Source: Synergistaceae bacterium (GTDB lineage: Bacteria; Synergistota; Synergistia; Synergistales; Synergistaceae). Taken from it: a stretch of DNA of 27,599 nucleotides. Under the pieces are notes generated by a model. That model was not told the origin of the DNA and made no database searches. It worked only from the letters and a program-made list of their open reading frames with translations. Below are positions 1 to 8,419 of the stretch, in pieces (the stretch's first letter is position 1; every line of letters begins with the position of its first letter). The translations under genes and the position numbers were made by a program. Location of the stretch: positions 1 to 27,599 of the forward strand of contig JAZUIB010000003.1 in assembly GCA_045642025.1 (NCBI GenBank), written 5' to 3'.

Positions 1-349
1 CCAACAAGCTATGAACGGGAAAACTTCGGTAACATTCACCGGTGGTGATTGGTTTCCCACGCAAATACGCGGTCCTCTATCAGGATAACATTATGAGCAA
101 CAAACGCCTGCGCAGGCGACGAATAACAAAGTTACACGTTATCCGTATATGTTTTTGTACCCAAATTACAGGATAGCGCTCGTATCCCGCTTAGGAAAAC
201 AGGAAACCGCTCAGGATAACAGCAAAATCAATAAAGCTTTTGCTGAGTAAACGAAGCGAACGGTCTGCTAAACGAGATACGAGTGTTATCCTAATTTTTT
301 ATATGCCGAACCTATTGTTCGCAATGGAGATATACAGAAATACAGAAAT

Positions 350-383
350 GCCCGAGAGCTTTATCGCTCTCGGGCATTTTTAT
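350..383. terminator. GC-rich hairpin followed by ATTTTTAT on + strand; likely bidirectional intrinsic terminator in the ORF-free 5' region
   Basis: Stem GCCCGAGAGC/GCTCTCGGGC (10 bp) with a 6-nt loop. The reverse complement also shows a T-rich tail (ATTTCTGTATTTCT) downstream of minus-strand gene 434..913. Confidence 0.6.
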
Positions 384-433
384 ATCCTTATTATCTTATC
401 AAAACAGTATCCGGATGATATTCAGCAGTTTGC

Positions 434-913
434 CTAATATTTACAGCCACGTTTAAGTTCAGCCCGTTTTGCCTTATATATAGCCTGCCAAACCGCACGC
501 CCCGCAGACCCTTTTGATGTGTCAACATACATACCGGAAACATTTAAAGAATCATCATCACTGTTAATCCGTTTACCATTAGAATTAAAAACTTTTCTTG
601 ATATAATCATACTTGACGGATTATCATCGTGTAAATAATAATGCCAGCTCTCTATGACGGTTTTTGCGGATGGACCGTATTTCTTACTATATCTCCCATT
701 TCGTTTTGTAAGATTTATCTTAACATCGACAAAAGCATGATCCCAACAGGTATAACCATGCCCTTCAAGTCCTGCCAGAGTAGCACTCAAAGACACATTT
801 GAAATTGAGTAAACATCTCCGTCATTCGTTTTTGCAACAAATTTCCAGTCCTCAGAGAAAGCTGTTCCTGTAATCACCAAAATAATTAAACTGCAGAGAA
901 TAAGTTTTTTCAT
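434..913 (-). CDS. Secreted hypothetical protein (N-terminal signal peptide MKKLILCSLIILVITGTAFS; about 159 aa)
   Basis: The ORF-track start at 922 is TTG. The internal ATG at 913 is preceded by AGAGGTGA at 9 nt spacing. The hydrophobic N-terminus looks like a signal peptide, followed by a soluble domain. Confidence 0.7.
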   Translation of the reverse strand: MKKLILCSLIILVITGTAFSEDWKFVAKTNDGDVYSISNVSLSATLAGLEGHGYTCWDHAFVDVKINLTKRNGRYSKKYGPSAKTVIESWHYYLHDDNPSSMIISRKVFNSNGKRINSDDDSLNVSGMYVDTSKGSAGRAVWQAIYKAKRAELKRGCKY

Positions 914-1421
914 AATACCCAATCACCTCTAACACTTTACTGTACAATTTTTACGCTTTTTGCACTGTCAGCCATTCAAGCAACTGAAATTCTGAAGAAC
1001 ATTCCGCTGACGAAAGAATTGAAACAGATATTCGGCAGGAATGTATTCAACTTTGTGCATTTTTAAGAAACAGATTCACATACAAACTAACTTTTCAATA
1101 CTGTTATCATATTGTTTTATATTATTTTTTGATACGGTCATAATAGTTTGCAAGATACATAAGCCGCTGTTCATCATATTTTATGTATGTCTCTCCGTAT
1201 TCTACTAACTCTATCGAACCGCCTTTAGACCCTGCAGAATCTTTCTCCGTCTGCCGATCCCTCATCTTAATCCACTTTCGTTCTTCATTGCGCAGTCTGT
1301 TTTTTTCTTTTTCAATCTCCGCATCATCGCTGGAGAAGGTCTTTAGTTCTTATTGCGAAACATCTGCATGCTTTGTGATACTGCATGGGAAGAATCTGTT
1401 TTTATCCACACCATTGACAAA

Positions 1422-1847
1422 CTATTTTATTCCAAGCGCTGATTTTCCTAACTGCCACATAGTCTCACCGAAAGAACCGGGCGGAGAGAAACTCCATGTT
1501 TGTTCCTCACCACTTGTTGATATCACCTTACCATCTTTTGCATAGTATGTTACTGATATAAATCTATTTGCCGGTTCATCAATTTTGTACTCTCTATACT
1601 CCACACTATAATGTGGGGATACTGCAGATTTTAATAGTTCTTTAAATTCTACTTGTATTTGAGAAGAACGCAGAATTGCCTTATTCCACATTCTAAAAGT
1701 ATTTCCTTTTCGTTTAACAGTGGTTAAATCTACCGAACAAATTACATCTTTGCTTCTGCTTAATTCTATCCAGTTGGCCGCTGCGACACTTGAAATGCCA
1801 ATAAATAATATCATAGCCGTAAGTGTTAAAACTATTATCCTTTTCAT
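1422..1847 (-). CDS. Secreted/membrane-anchored hypothetical protein; start ambiguous (ATG 1847 gives MKRIIVLTLTAMILFIGISSVAA signal peptide; upstream in-frame ATGs at 1904 and 1925)
   Basis: The open frame runs 1422..1925. There is a hydrophobic signal-like segment after residue 27. The RBS is weak, so the start is not settled. Confidence 0.6.
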   Translation of the reverse strand: MKRIIVLTLTAMILFIGISSVAAANWIELSRSKDVICSVDLTTVKRKGNTFRMWNKAILRSSQIQVEFKELLKSAVSPHYSVEYREYKIDEPANRFISVTYYAKDGKVISTSGEEQTWSFSPPGSFGETMWQLGKSALGIK

Positions 1848-2054
1848 TTCGCCTGCCACTAAAGTTATTGAGAGAAAAAATTTAAGCCAAGTATAATCAT
1901 ACATACTTCTTCGCTTTGTTAGCATGCATTCTCAGTTTACTTCAGCACCATTAAACCGTCTCCATAATTTTTTATACTACGTTAAGGCTAAAACATTTTT
2001 ATGTAATTTATCAGATTCATTGTCTTAACTTCCAGTAAAGCTACACTGTTTGTA

Positions 2055-2077
2055 AAATCCGCCTCTAACGGCGGATT
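2055..2077 (-). terminator. Hairpin AAATCCGCC-TCTAAC-GGCGGATT downstream of the DUF805 gene; candidate intrinsic terminator for the 4304->2097 unit
   Basis: Perfect 8-bp stem. On the minus strand it is followed by TTTTACAAAC, a short U-tract. Confidence 0.45.
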
Positions 2078-2096
2078 GTTATCAAGCAACGTATTA

Positions 2097-2705
2097 TTAA
2101 AATTTACCGCCGCAATACTTGCAGAAAGCACTGCCAGGTTCCCTTGCAGCGCCACACTGCGGGCAAAACACGGCCTGTGTTGTCTGTGACGGTGCCTCAG
2201 TTGCAGTTTGGTCAGAAATCGGATGAGGAACAGTCTGCTGTCCTTGCTGAGTATATGTTGTACAAACTTCTTTTGGATTTGGTCCATATTTATTTGCACC
2301 GGGTTGGCTATCCTGACACAATATCACAATCATATATACCCATGTTCCCAAAACCGCCAAACCTAAAAATGACATTCCGGTACAGCCTGCTTCATAATTT
2401 CCATACAGCAAACTTGCATATGAAAACACTCCCGCAAAAACCGCAAAAACTATTCCAAAAACAAACACACAGATATACAGCCAGCCTGATCTTCCCGTAT
2501 CATGCAAACGTCTTGCCAATACCGCAATGGATGGAAGAAATATCGCAATACCCCAAACAGCAGCAAGTGGAGCAGACAATATTGTCAACGCGGCATTAAC
2601 TAGCCATGAGAACAGAATAAACCACCAATACTCACTGCGCCTTGCACGACCACTGAACGTAGCATATTTTGAAAACACACTTTTTATTGCATCACCGAAA
2701 CCCAT
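2097..2705 (-). CDS. DUF805-family inner-membrane protein with C-terminal double zinc ribbon (CPQCG...FCKYCG)
   Basis: ATG at 2705 with RBS AAAGGAGAG. The N-terminus MGFGDAIKSVFSKYATFSGRARRSEYWWF is the DUF805 signature. It has about 4 TM helices. The C-terminal 25 aa form a Cys4 ribbon. It is a paralog of 5106..5681. Confidence 0.85.
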   Translation of the reverse strand: MGFGDAIKSVFSKYATFSGRARRSEYWWFILFSWLVNAALTILSAPLAAVWGIAIFLPSIAVLARRLHDTGRSGWLYICVFVFGIVFAVFAGVFSYASLLYGNYEAGCTGMSFLGLAVLGTWVYMIVILCQDSQPGANKYGPNPKEVCTTYTQQGQQTVPHPISDQTATEAPSQTTQAVFCPQCGAAREPGSAFCKYCGGKF

Positions 2706-2746
2706 ATTCTCTCTCCTTTCTTTGCCTTCACTTGATCTGTTGTATT

Positions 2747-3055
2747 TTAATACATAGATGAGAATAGATTACTCATTGCGTGTCTAAATTGTATTAATTT
2801 AATAATCAGATATAGCAAGAATAGTGTATTAAACACAACACAGCCAAGAACTATATTCATTTTTTGTTCGAGAGTGACCTTGCTCCATTTTTCCTTCACG
2901 TCTTTCACCATATCATTTTGAAGGACCACATTCTGCTGCGCAGCCACAGGAGTTACCAGTGTCTGTCGTGATGCAGATGATGCAAGCAAACTACCGCATT
3001 TTCCACAGAATTTTACTCCATCTGCTGTTTTAAAACCACATTTAGGACATATCAT
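2747..3055 (-). CDS. Small zinc-ribbon membrane protein (N-terminal CPKCG-x11-FCGKCG, C-terminal TM helix)
   Basis: ATG at 3055 with RBS GGAGGA at 9 nt. It is 102 aa with a hydrophobic stretch IVLGCVVFNTLFLLYLIIKLI. Confidence 0.75.
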   Translation of the reverse strand: MICPKCGFKTADGVKFCGKCGSLLASSASRQTLVTPVAAQQNVVLQNDMVKDVKEKWSKVTLEQKMNIVLGCVVFNTLFLLYLIIKLIQFRHAMSNLFSSMY

Positions 3056-3095
3056 ATCTATTTTCCTCCGTTTTTATATGGATTTTATGCATTAA

Positions 3096-3698
3096 TTAAA
3101 GAAGAAGTGAAAAAACAAATATTCCACACCATACAGCAAAAGGAATATAATTTTTGGTCGTTTTGGATGCTCTCACATACAAATATACAGGCACCAAAAC
3201 TATCCCAAGCCAAAGCCAGTCATCTACTTTATACCCGTTATTTTTCAGTTCGCTGACATCCTGCGTGATAAAAATACAGTTTATTACACATAATATAATA
3301 CACTGGACATAAAAATTCATTTCAGGAACTGCAATTGCAATCAACAAATCCACCAAAAGAGGTATTGTTGCCAGCGCCCAAACCCATTTTTCTGTTATGC
3401 TTCCGGCAGAGATTATAGCTGCAGTATGGCCAAAACAAGCAGCAAGTTCAGTGTTTCCGGCAGGAGTCCAACTTGTCAGACCATTTTTCCAGACTAAAGT
3501 TTCTTTTACAATCGTACCGGCTGATATCATATTTACAATCTGATTTTGCGTAAATGGTCCTGTTTTATCTACACCGTTAAAATAGAACCATTCAGCCAAT
3601 ATACCGCTCTGATAATTATTTACATCTGTTTTTGTACCGCATTGGGGGCAAAAAGCTGTATTATCAGTCAATTGCATACCACAGTTTTTACAAAACAT
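3096..3698 (-). CDS. Zinc-ribbon + GYF-like (DUF4339) domain protein with four C-terminal TM helices
   Basis: The ORF-track start at 3704 is TTG. ATG at 3698 has RBS GAAGGAGG at 9 nt. The N-terminal ribbon is CKNCG-x11-FCPQCG. The segment WFYFNGVDKTGPFTQNQIVNMISAGTIVKETLVWKNGLTSWTP matches the DUF4339/GYF_2 pattern. Four hydrophobic helices follow. Confidence 0.8.
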   Translation of the reverse strand: MFCKNCGMQLTDNTAFCPQCGTKTDVNNYQSGILAEWFYFNGVDKTGPFTQNQIVNMISAGTIVKETLVWKNGLTSWTPAGNTELAACFGHTAAIISAGSITEKWVWALATIPLLVDLLIAIAVPEMNFYVQCIILCVINCIFITQDVSELKNNGYKVDDWLWLGIVLVPVYLYVRASKTTKNYIPFAVWCGIFVFSLLL

Positions 3699-3716
3699 TG
3701 ACAAAAACCTCCTTCG

Positions 3717-4304
3717 CTATTGGGCATTATACGGACAGTTCAGAAATTTGAGTATACTCTGTGCCTGCTTAGAATTCATATAGAACACAAATGTTCGCCC
3801 TTGCGATTGGTGACCTATATAACAAAGATGCGATTTATTATACTTAAATTTGGCATTTCCACCCCACAGAACACTTAAGTCCTGATACTCGGAAGATGCG
3901 TAATTCTTCTGGCTTTCAACAGCCCATTTAAGCTGATTTCTCATTGCAATAATTTCTTCCGTATAATATGAATTAGGCAATTCAATAAGAAGTGCGTTGC
4001 CTTCTACCTTAGTCATTTTTACAGTTGCAGGTTTCAGACTATTGTCATCAGCAGCAATAGAGCAATTTACATTGAGTATATTTCCGTTTACGGTTTGATT
4101 ATAACTGTTCCATATATAAAGAGCAGCAAGCAGAAATACTGACAATGTTAAAATAAATATTCTATTTCCAATGTCTTTAATCGCTTTTACCAACTCGATA
4201 TTCTGTTCAGCATGACCTGCAGGTTGAGGTGTAAGCGTCTCACCGCATATTCCGCAAAATTTTACTCCGTCTTCAGCTTCTGCACCGCATTTCCAACATT
4301 TCAT
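3717..4304 (-). CDS. Zinc-ribbon / single-TM / extracellular-domain protein (unknown about 130-aa ectodomain)
   Basis: ATG at 4304 with RBS AGGAGGAA at 8 nt. The N-terminal ribbon is CWKCG-x10-FCGICG. The TM helix is IFILTLSVFLLAALYIW. Confidence 0.8.
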   Translation of the reverse strand: MKCWKCGAEAEDGVKFCGICGETLTPQPAGHAEQNIELVKAIKDIGNRIFILTLSVFLLAALYIWNSYNQTVNGNILNVNCSIAADDNSLKPATVKMTKVEGNALLIELPNSYYTEEIIAMRNQLKWAVESQKNYASSEYQDLSVLWGGNAKFKYNKSHLCYIGHQSQGRTFVFYMNSKQAQSILKFLNCPYNAQ

Positions 4305-4373
4305 ACAAGTGTTCCTCCTATTTTCAATATACTTTTAGTACAAAATACGAATATATGTTATTGATATAACCTC

Positions 4374-4401
4374 ATTATACTACATTGTAATAATTTGTCT
4401 A
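4374..4401 (-). promoter_or_regulatory. Candidate sigma-A promoter (-35 TAGACA, 16-bp spacer, -10 TATAAT) about 70 nt upstream of gene 3717..4304
   Basis: Minus strand reads TAGACAaattattacaatgtagTATAAT. It lies downstream of terminator 4703..4727. Confidence 0.45.
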
Positions 4402-4702
4402 ATATTCCTAAGACTTACTAATAAACAATATCATCCTTCCTCTTCTTTATACCGTACGTATTTTATTGCCCTGTCATTGCACATATCATACACAACGCCT
4501 AATATTTCCATATCCCGTATAATCTCTATGTTCGTATTCAGCTAAAACTTTGCGTGTTGATTTTATTACTCTTGCAGTACATCTTATTGTTACTTGGCTA
4601 TAAATATATATCATTTTTCTTTGTTGCAAATATAACGTTTCTCTAAATTCAGACGGATAACAAAACAGATTGCTATATACGTTGTGACAAGGATACATAA
4701 AG

Positions 4703-4727
4703 GTCCGAAAGCGCAAAACTTTCGGGC
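4703..4727 (-). terminator. Hairpin GTCCGAAAG-CGCAAAA-CTTTCGGGC; candidate terminator after small gene 4754..4987
   Basis: 9-bp stem with one G-U pair. On the minus strand the trailing sequence CTTTATGTAT is T-rich. It overlaps the spurious ORF 4486..4764. Confidence 0.5.
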
Positions 4728-4753
4728 TTCTAAATCTCACAAAAGCACATATC

Positions 4754-4987
4754 TTACTGAACATACTGACTGCCGACTAGATGTCCTTTTTCATTGTACA
4801 TATAGGCATAATTACTGCGTTTTACAGTAACAGTAGAGTCTGTATATCCCTGAAGTTCGCCATACTGCGAGAACATCAGCTGATTCTTTTCGTTGTAAAC
4901 ACAGGCATAATTACCGCGCTGTACAGCCATGCCGATAGAAAGCATAAGCGCAAGGACAGATACATACTTCATCAAATGTCTGTTCAT
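4754..4987 (-). CDS. Small secreted protein (77 aa) with signal peptide and two copies of an NYAxxYNEKxxLxxSQY repeat
   Basis: ATG at 4987 with RBS AGGGGA at about 8 nt. The signal peptide is MKYVSVLALMLSIGMAVQ. The internal repeat is GNYACVYNEKNQLMFSQYG / SNYAYMYNEKGHLVGSQYV. Confidence 0.6.
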   Translation of the reverse strand: MNRHLMKYVSVLALMLSIGMAVQRGNYACVYNEKNQLMFSQYGELQGYTDSTVTVKRSNYAYMYNEKGHLVGSQYVQ

Positions 4988-5105
4988 ATCTTCGTCCCCT
5001 TAAATTTGGATTTAGATTATTGCAGTATATTTTGCTCATAAATTATTGTACCGTTTGTACAATAATTTAATTTTAAACAGCAATTATTTAAATCTGGGAC
5101 AATAG

Positions 5106-5681
5106 TTAAAGTTTGCTGCCACAGTATACACAACAGTTTGTACCTGGGGCAACAGGTGCGCCGCAGTTCGGACATTCTGTCAGTTGTGGTACGGTATTTG
5201 AGCTCTCAAATACAACAGGCTTTTCAATTACAGGCTGAACAGGCTCTTTGGGCTGTTTATCCTCTCCGGCATGTTCTTTGGGATTTGGTCCGTATTTATT
5301 TGTCCCGGGCTGGCTGTCTTTTAAGGGAAGAATGAGAATATAAATAAAAATTGCAACTCCTACAAGTATCATAAGCACACCCAAAGCACCTGCACCATCA
5401 CAGCAAAGTACGCCAATACAGCACAACACTATAGCAAGCAAATAGAGTCCCAGATAGGAACGACCGGATTTTCCAACATCATGCAGTCTACGGACAAAAA
5501 CTGCAACTCCGGGCACAAATGCAGCTATCATCCATAGAGTCCATAACACAGGAATGGTGCCGAGAAGGACAGACATCAACAAATTCAGCAGCATAAAATA
5601 CCAATATTCACTGCGCCTTGCACGACCGCTAAAAGTAGCATATTTTGAAAATACGCTTTTTACCGCTTCACCAAAACTCAT
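5106..5681 (-). CDS. DUF805-family membrane protein with C-terminal zinc ribbon (CPNCG...CCVYCG); paralog of 2097..2705
   Basis: The ORF-track start at 5699 is TTG. ATG at 5681 has RBS AGGGGA at 8 nt and gives MSFGEAVKSVFSKYATFSGRARRSEYWYF, aligning with the paralog's N-terminus. Confidence 0.85.
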   Translation of the reverse strand: MSFGEAVKSVFSKYATFSGRARRSEYWYFMLLNLLMSVLLGTIPVLWTLWMIAAFVPGVAVFVRRLHDVGKSGRSYLGLYLLAIVLCCIGVLCCDGAGALGVLMILVGVAIFIYILILPLKDSQPGTNKYGPNPKEHAGEDKQPKEPVQPVIEKPVVFESSNTVPQLTECPNCGAPVAPGTNCCVYCGSKL

Positions 5682-5707
5682 ATTTATTCCCCTTTTCAAA
5701 AGAATAT

Positions 5708-6667
5708 TTATTCAGATACTGCCGAATTTTTAACCCATGCGTATCCGTATCGCGGGTGCTTTATAAATGTCCATTCTCCGCGAAGTTCTGACACGTGTAT
5801 GTTAATCAAAGCTGTCTGTGCACCTTCAGGCGATGCAACGTCAGGTGATAGTTCATACACTGGAGAACGTTCATCTGAATCAGGATATTCGCATATTTTT
5901 ACAGAATCTCCCGCCATTGCCCTGTCAAAGATCAATGCGCTGTCATTTGGCATAACATATAAATCGGCATAATCTGCAGTAATATATGCATCAGCTACAG
6001 GAGTAAACGGGTTTATGCCTTTATTGCAGGAAATCATTCCATAAGGTCTGTCAGAATACATTTTGTTTATATAGAAATTATCAACATAACGTATCCCGTT
6101 TGCGCTGATAATCCTGTGTTTTTCATACACATTTGCAGTAAGAGTACCGTTTTTCGCGGTTTCTCTGATACCAAAATACCCTGTTAGGAATTCTTCGCTT
6201 ATACCTCTGCCGTAAAGTCGTAAAACAAGTTTGCACTGCGCGTCATAATATGCCGATGAGACTGATCTGTCTAATATTGAGGTATCACCTGCGTTAATCG
6301 CTCTGACTCCTCTGTTGACATCTGCGCTGTAATATGTTGCAATTTCTGCATGCGAAACATTTTTCTGTGTTTCTTTCTTTGGGGTTTCTGCATGAGTAGC
6401 GACAGTTGTGTTATCAGTACTTCCGGTTACAGATTTATCAAACAGCATATAACACGCCATCATAAGTATAATTCCGCAGAGCACAACAATAATAAGCATT
6501 GTCCTATTATTATGATGTTTCTCTATTACAGCAGGCTGTGTGTATCCGGCTGGTATTTCAGATGTTTTTTTTGCATCAGGTACCTTCATACAAGCAGATG
6601 CGCCACATGAAGGGCAATAACTTAATCTATCATCAAATTCAGAACCGCAATATTCACACTTATTCAT
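5708..6667 (-). CDS. Zinc-ribbon / TM / large extracellular-domain protein (about 319 aa; C-terminal end resembles an SH3b-like fold)
   Basis: The ORF-track start at 6703 is TTG. ATG at 6667 has RBS AAGGAG at 7 nt and gives MNKCEYCGSEFDDRLSYCPSCGA. The TM helix is MLIIVVLCGIILMMACYMLF. The C-terminus ...GEWTFIKHPRYGYAWVKNSAV resembles the SH3b ends seen elsewhere in the cluster. Confidence 0.8.
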   Translation of the reverse strand: MNKCEYCGSEFDDRLSYCPSCGASACMKVPDAKKTSEIPAGYTQPAVIEKHHNNRTMLIIVVLCGIILMMACYMLFDKSVTGSTDNTTVATHAETPKKETQKNVSHAEIATYYSADVNRGVRAINAGDTSILDRSVSSAYYDAQCKLVLRLYGRGISEEFLTGYFGIRETAKNGTLTANVYEKHRIISANGIRYVDNFYINKMYSDRPYGMISCNKGINPFTPVADAYITADYADLYVMPNDSALIFDRAMAGDSVKICEYPDSDERSPVYELSPDVASPEGAQTALINIHVSELRGEWTFIKHPRYGYAWVKNSAVSE

Positions 6668-6755
6668 CGTTTTCTCCTTATAATTCTGCAGTCCCGTGTA
6701 CAAAACTGAAAATTATATGCTACTCAAGTCTATCTTAGCACAAATATACTTCAAA

Positions 6756-7487
6756 TCAGAAAAATTTCATTTCAGTAATGCAGGTGTCCTGCCATCGGCT
6801 GCCGTCACGAACATCATTAATGACAATTTTTACAGTATCAGTAACAAGAGGGTGATCAAATGTTATTCTCTGCTCCCCCATACTATCCTGTATAGTGCAG
6901 TTTACGGTAGTTCCGTCTGCAGCTATAACACTTAGCGATACAGGAACTCCGTTTTTATAAAACAAATCAGATCTTTTCTGATGCCCTGCCCATATACTGA
7001 AGCCGTGTATTCTCTGCATACCGTTAAACTGGACACTAATATATTCCCCAATACCCATGCCTGCGACACCTTCCGCCCAACACGACTTAAAATTATTGTC
7101 AAAAATTTTTGAAGCATCATGAGAATATGAGTTTTCAATGTCGTATGACGACGCAGAAACAGACACAATGTTTACATTATTTGCGTCCGCAATATTATTC
7201 TGCTCATTTTCTGCAAATGACCTGGCAGTCGCAGTCTGCGAAGTATTCTGCGAAACAGAAGTGTCTTCACCGCTTTTATTGTCTTTACTGACAGATATAA
7301 CAGTAATTGCAGCAAAGACAATAACTGCAACAGACAGTATCGCTATCAACATATTTTTGTTTATTTTTACTGCATTGCTGGTTTGTTCTGTCTCTTTTTC
7401 ACTTTCTGTGGCTGTTGCGGCACCACAATTGGGACAATAACTCAGCATATCATCAAATTTGCTGCCACAGTAATGACATCGTTTCAT
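6756..7487 (-). CDS. Zinc-ribbon / TM / discoidin-like (F5/8 type C) domain protein
   Basis: ATG at 7487. The N-terminus is MKRCHYCGSKFDDMLSYCPNCGA. The TM helix is MLIAILSVAVIVFAAITVI. The C-terminal segment (about 130 aa: ...ASSYDIENSYSHDASKIFDNNFKSCWAEGVAGMGIGEYISVQF...TEMKFF) fits the discoidin pattern. Confidence 0.8.
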   Translation of the reverse strand: MKRCHYCGSKFDDMLSYCPNCGAATATESEKETEQTSNAVKINKNMLIAILSVAVIVFAAITVISVSKDNKSGEDTSVSQNTSQTATARSFAENEQNNIADANNVNIVSVSASSYDIENSYSHDASKIFDNNFKSCWAEGVAGMGIGEYISVQFNGMQRIHGFSIWAGHQKRSDLFYKNGVPVSLSVIAADGTTVNCTIQDSMGEQRITFDHPLVTDTVKIVINDVRDGSRWQDTCITEMKFF

Positions 7488-7525
7488 ATTTTGGGACCTC
7501 GCTTTATATTCTGATTATAAATGTA

Positions 7526-8380
7526 CTAATAACGCTTAATGCGCTGCAAAGCCTTAACAGCATTTTCTTCTCCCGCTTCCGCGGCTTTCTGATACCAATA
7601 TATAGCTCGGTTTATATCCTGTAAAACACCTTTCCCCGAATGATACATCGTACCGAGATTATACATAGCCGTAGTATTACCATTTTCCGCTGCCAAAGCA
7701 AACCATTTAACAGCCTCATCATTATTCACAGATGTTCCCCAGCCGTATTTATACATTGCTCCAAGGCGATTCATGGCATCTTTTTCCCCTTTTTCGGCAG
7801 CTTTACTGTACCATTCAAATGCCTTATAGTCATCTTTGTTAACACCTATGCCGTATTTATACATTACACCCAGACGTTTCATTGCCGTCGCATGGCCTTT
7901 TTCAGCTGCAGATTCAAAATAAAGCTTGGCTTCAGCATAATTTTTTGCATTATACAGATTGTTGCCTTTGCTGTAATCAGCATTTGAATCAATATCAGGT
8001 GCATTTTTTACCGAAACATTCTTATGCGGGGCTTCTGTATTAGAGTCAATATTACTTCTGACTACAGGAGTATTTTGTTCTTTCAACGTATTATTAGCAT
8101 TTACATTCTCCTGTACCACAGTATGAGATGCATTGGAGACAACTGCAGTACTAGATTGTGTATTCTGCTGAACAGATATCTTCGTACCACTTTGACTGCC
8201 TTTACTGACGTTTAACAAAACAAAAGTACCCAAAGCTACAACTGCACCGATCAGTATCGATATCAGCAGCAAATTTTTATCTAATTTTTCCGTATGACTT
8301 TCAAAAACTGTAGCACCACAGTTGGGACAATAATGCAGTGAACTGTCAAAATTGCTGCCACAGTATTGGCACTGTTTCAT
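7526..8380 (-). CDS. Zinc-ribbon / TM / Sel1-repeat (TPR-like) protein
   Basis: ATG at 8380 with RBS GGGAGA at 9 nt. The N-terminus is MKQCQYCGSNFDSSLHYCPNCGA. The TM helix is LLLISILIGAVVALGTFVLL. The C-terminus has at least 4 Sel1-type repeats (AMKRLGVMYKYGIGVNKDDYKAFEWYSKAAEKG...). Confidence 0.85.
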   Translation of the reverse strand: MKQCQYCGSNFDSSLHYCPNCGATVFESHTEKLDKNLLLISILIGAVVALGTFVLLNVSKGSQSGTKISVQQNTQSSTAVVSNASHTVVQENVNANNTLKEQNTPVVRSNIDSNTEAPHKNVSVKNAPDIDSNADYSKGNNLYNAKNYAEAKLYFESAAEKGHATAMKRLGVMYKYGIGVNKDDYKAFEWYSKAAEKGEKDAMNRLGAMYKYGWGTSVNNDEAVKWFALAAENGNTTAMYNLGTMYHSGKGVLQDINRAIYWYQKAAEAGEENAVKALQRIKRY

Positions 8381-8419
8381 GGCTTCAATCTCCCATACAT
8401 CATATATTGTCGAATATAT

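Noticed and set aside
1122-1265. 47-aa minus-strand ORF MRDRQTEKDSAGSKGGSIELVEYGETYIKYDEQRLMYLANYYDRIKK in the 923-1421 gap
   Set aside because: It has only a weak Shine-Dalgarno (AAGTGGA) and no recognisable features. Without conservation evidence it cannot be supported. It is noted because the 500-bp gap is otherwise empty.
1183-1545. 120-aa + strand ORF
   Set aside because: It is Ser/Leu/Phe-rich low-complexity sequence. It overlaps the 5' end of minus gene 1422..1847 and has no RBS.
1988-2299. 103-aa minus ORF
   Set aside because: It overlaps the C-terminal coding region of the DUF805 gene out of frame and runs through the 2055-2077 hairpin. It is spurious.
2144-2599. 151-aa + strand ORF
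   Set aside because: It is entirely antisense to the well-supported DUF805 gene 2097..2705. It has no RBS and a low-complexity translation. It is a shadow ORF.
4486-4764. 92-aa minus ORF
   Set aside because: It spans the terminator hairpin 4703-4727 and the AT-rich promoter region. The translation is Arg/Phe-rich nonsense and there is no RBS.
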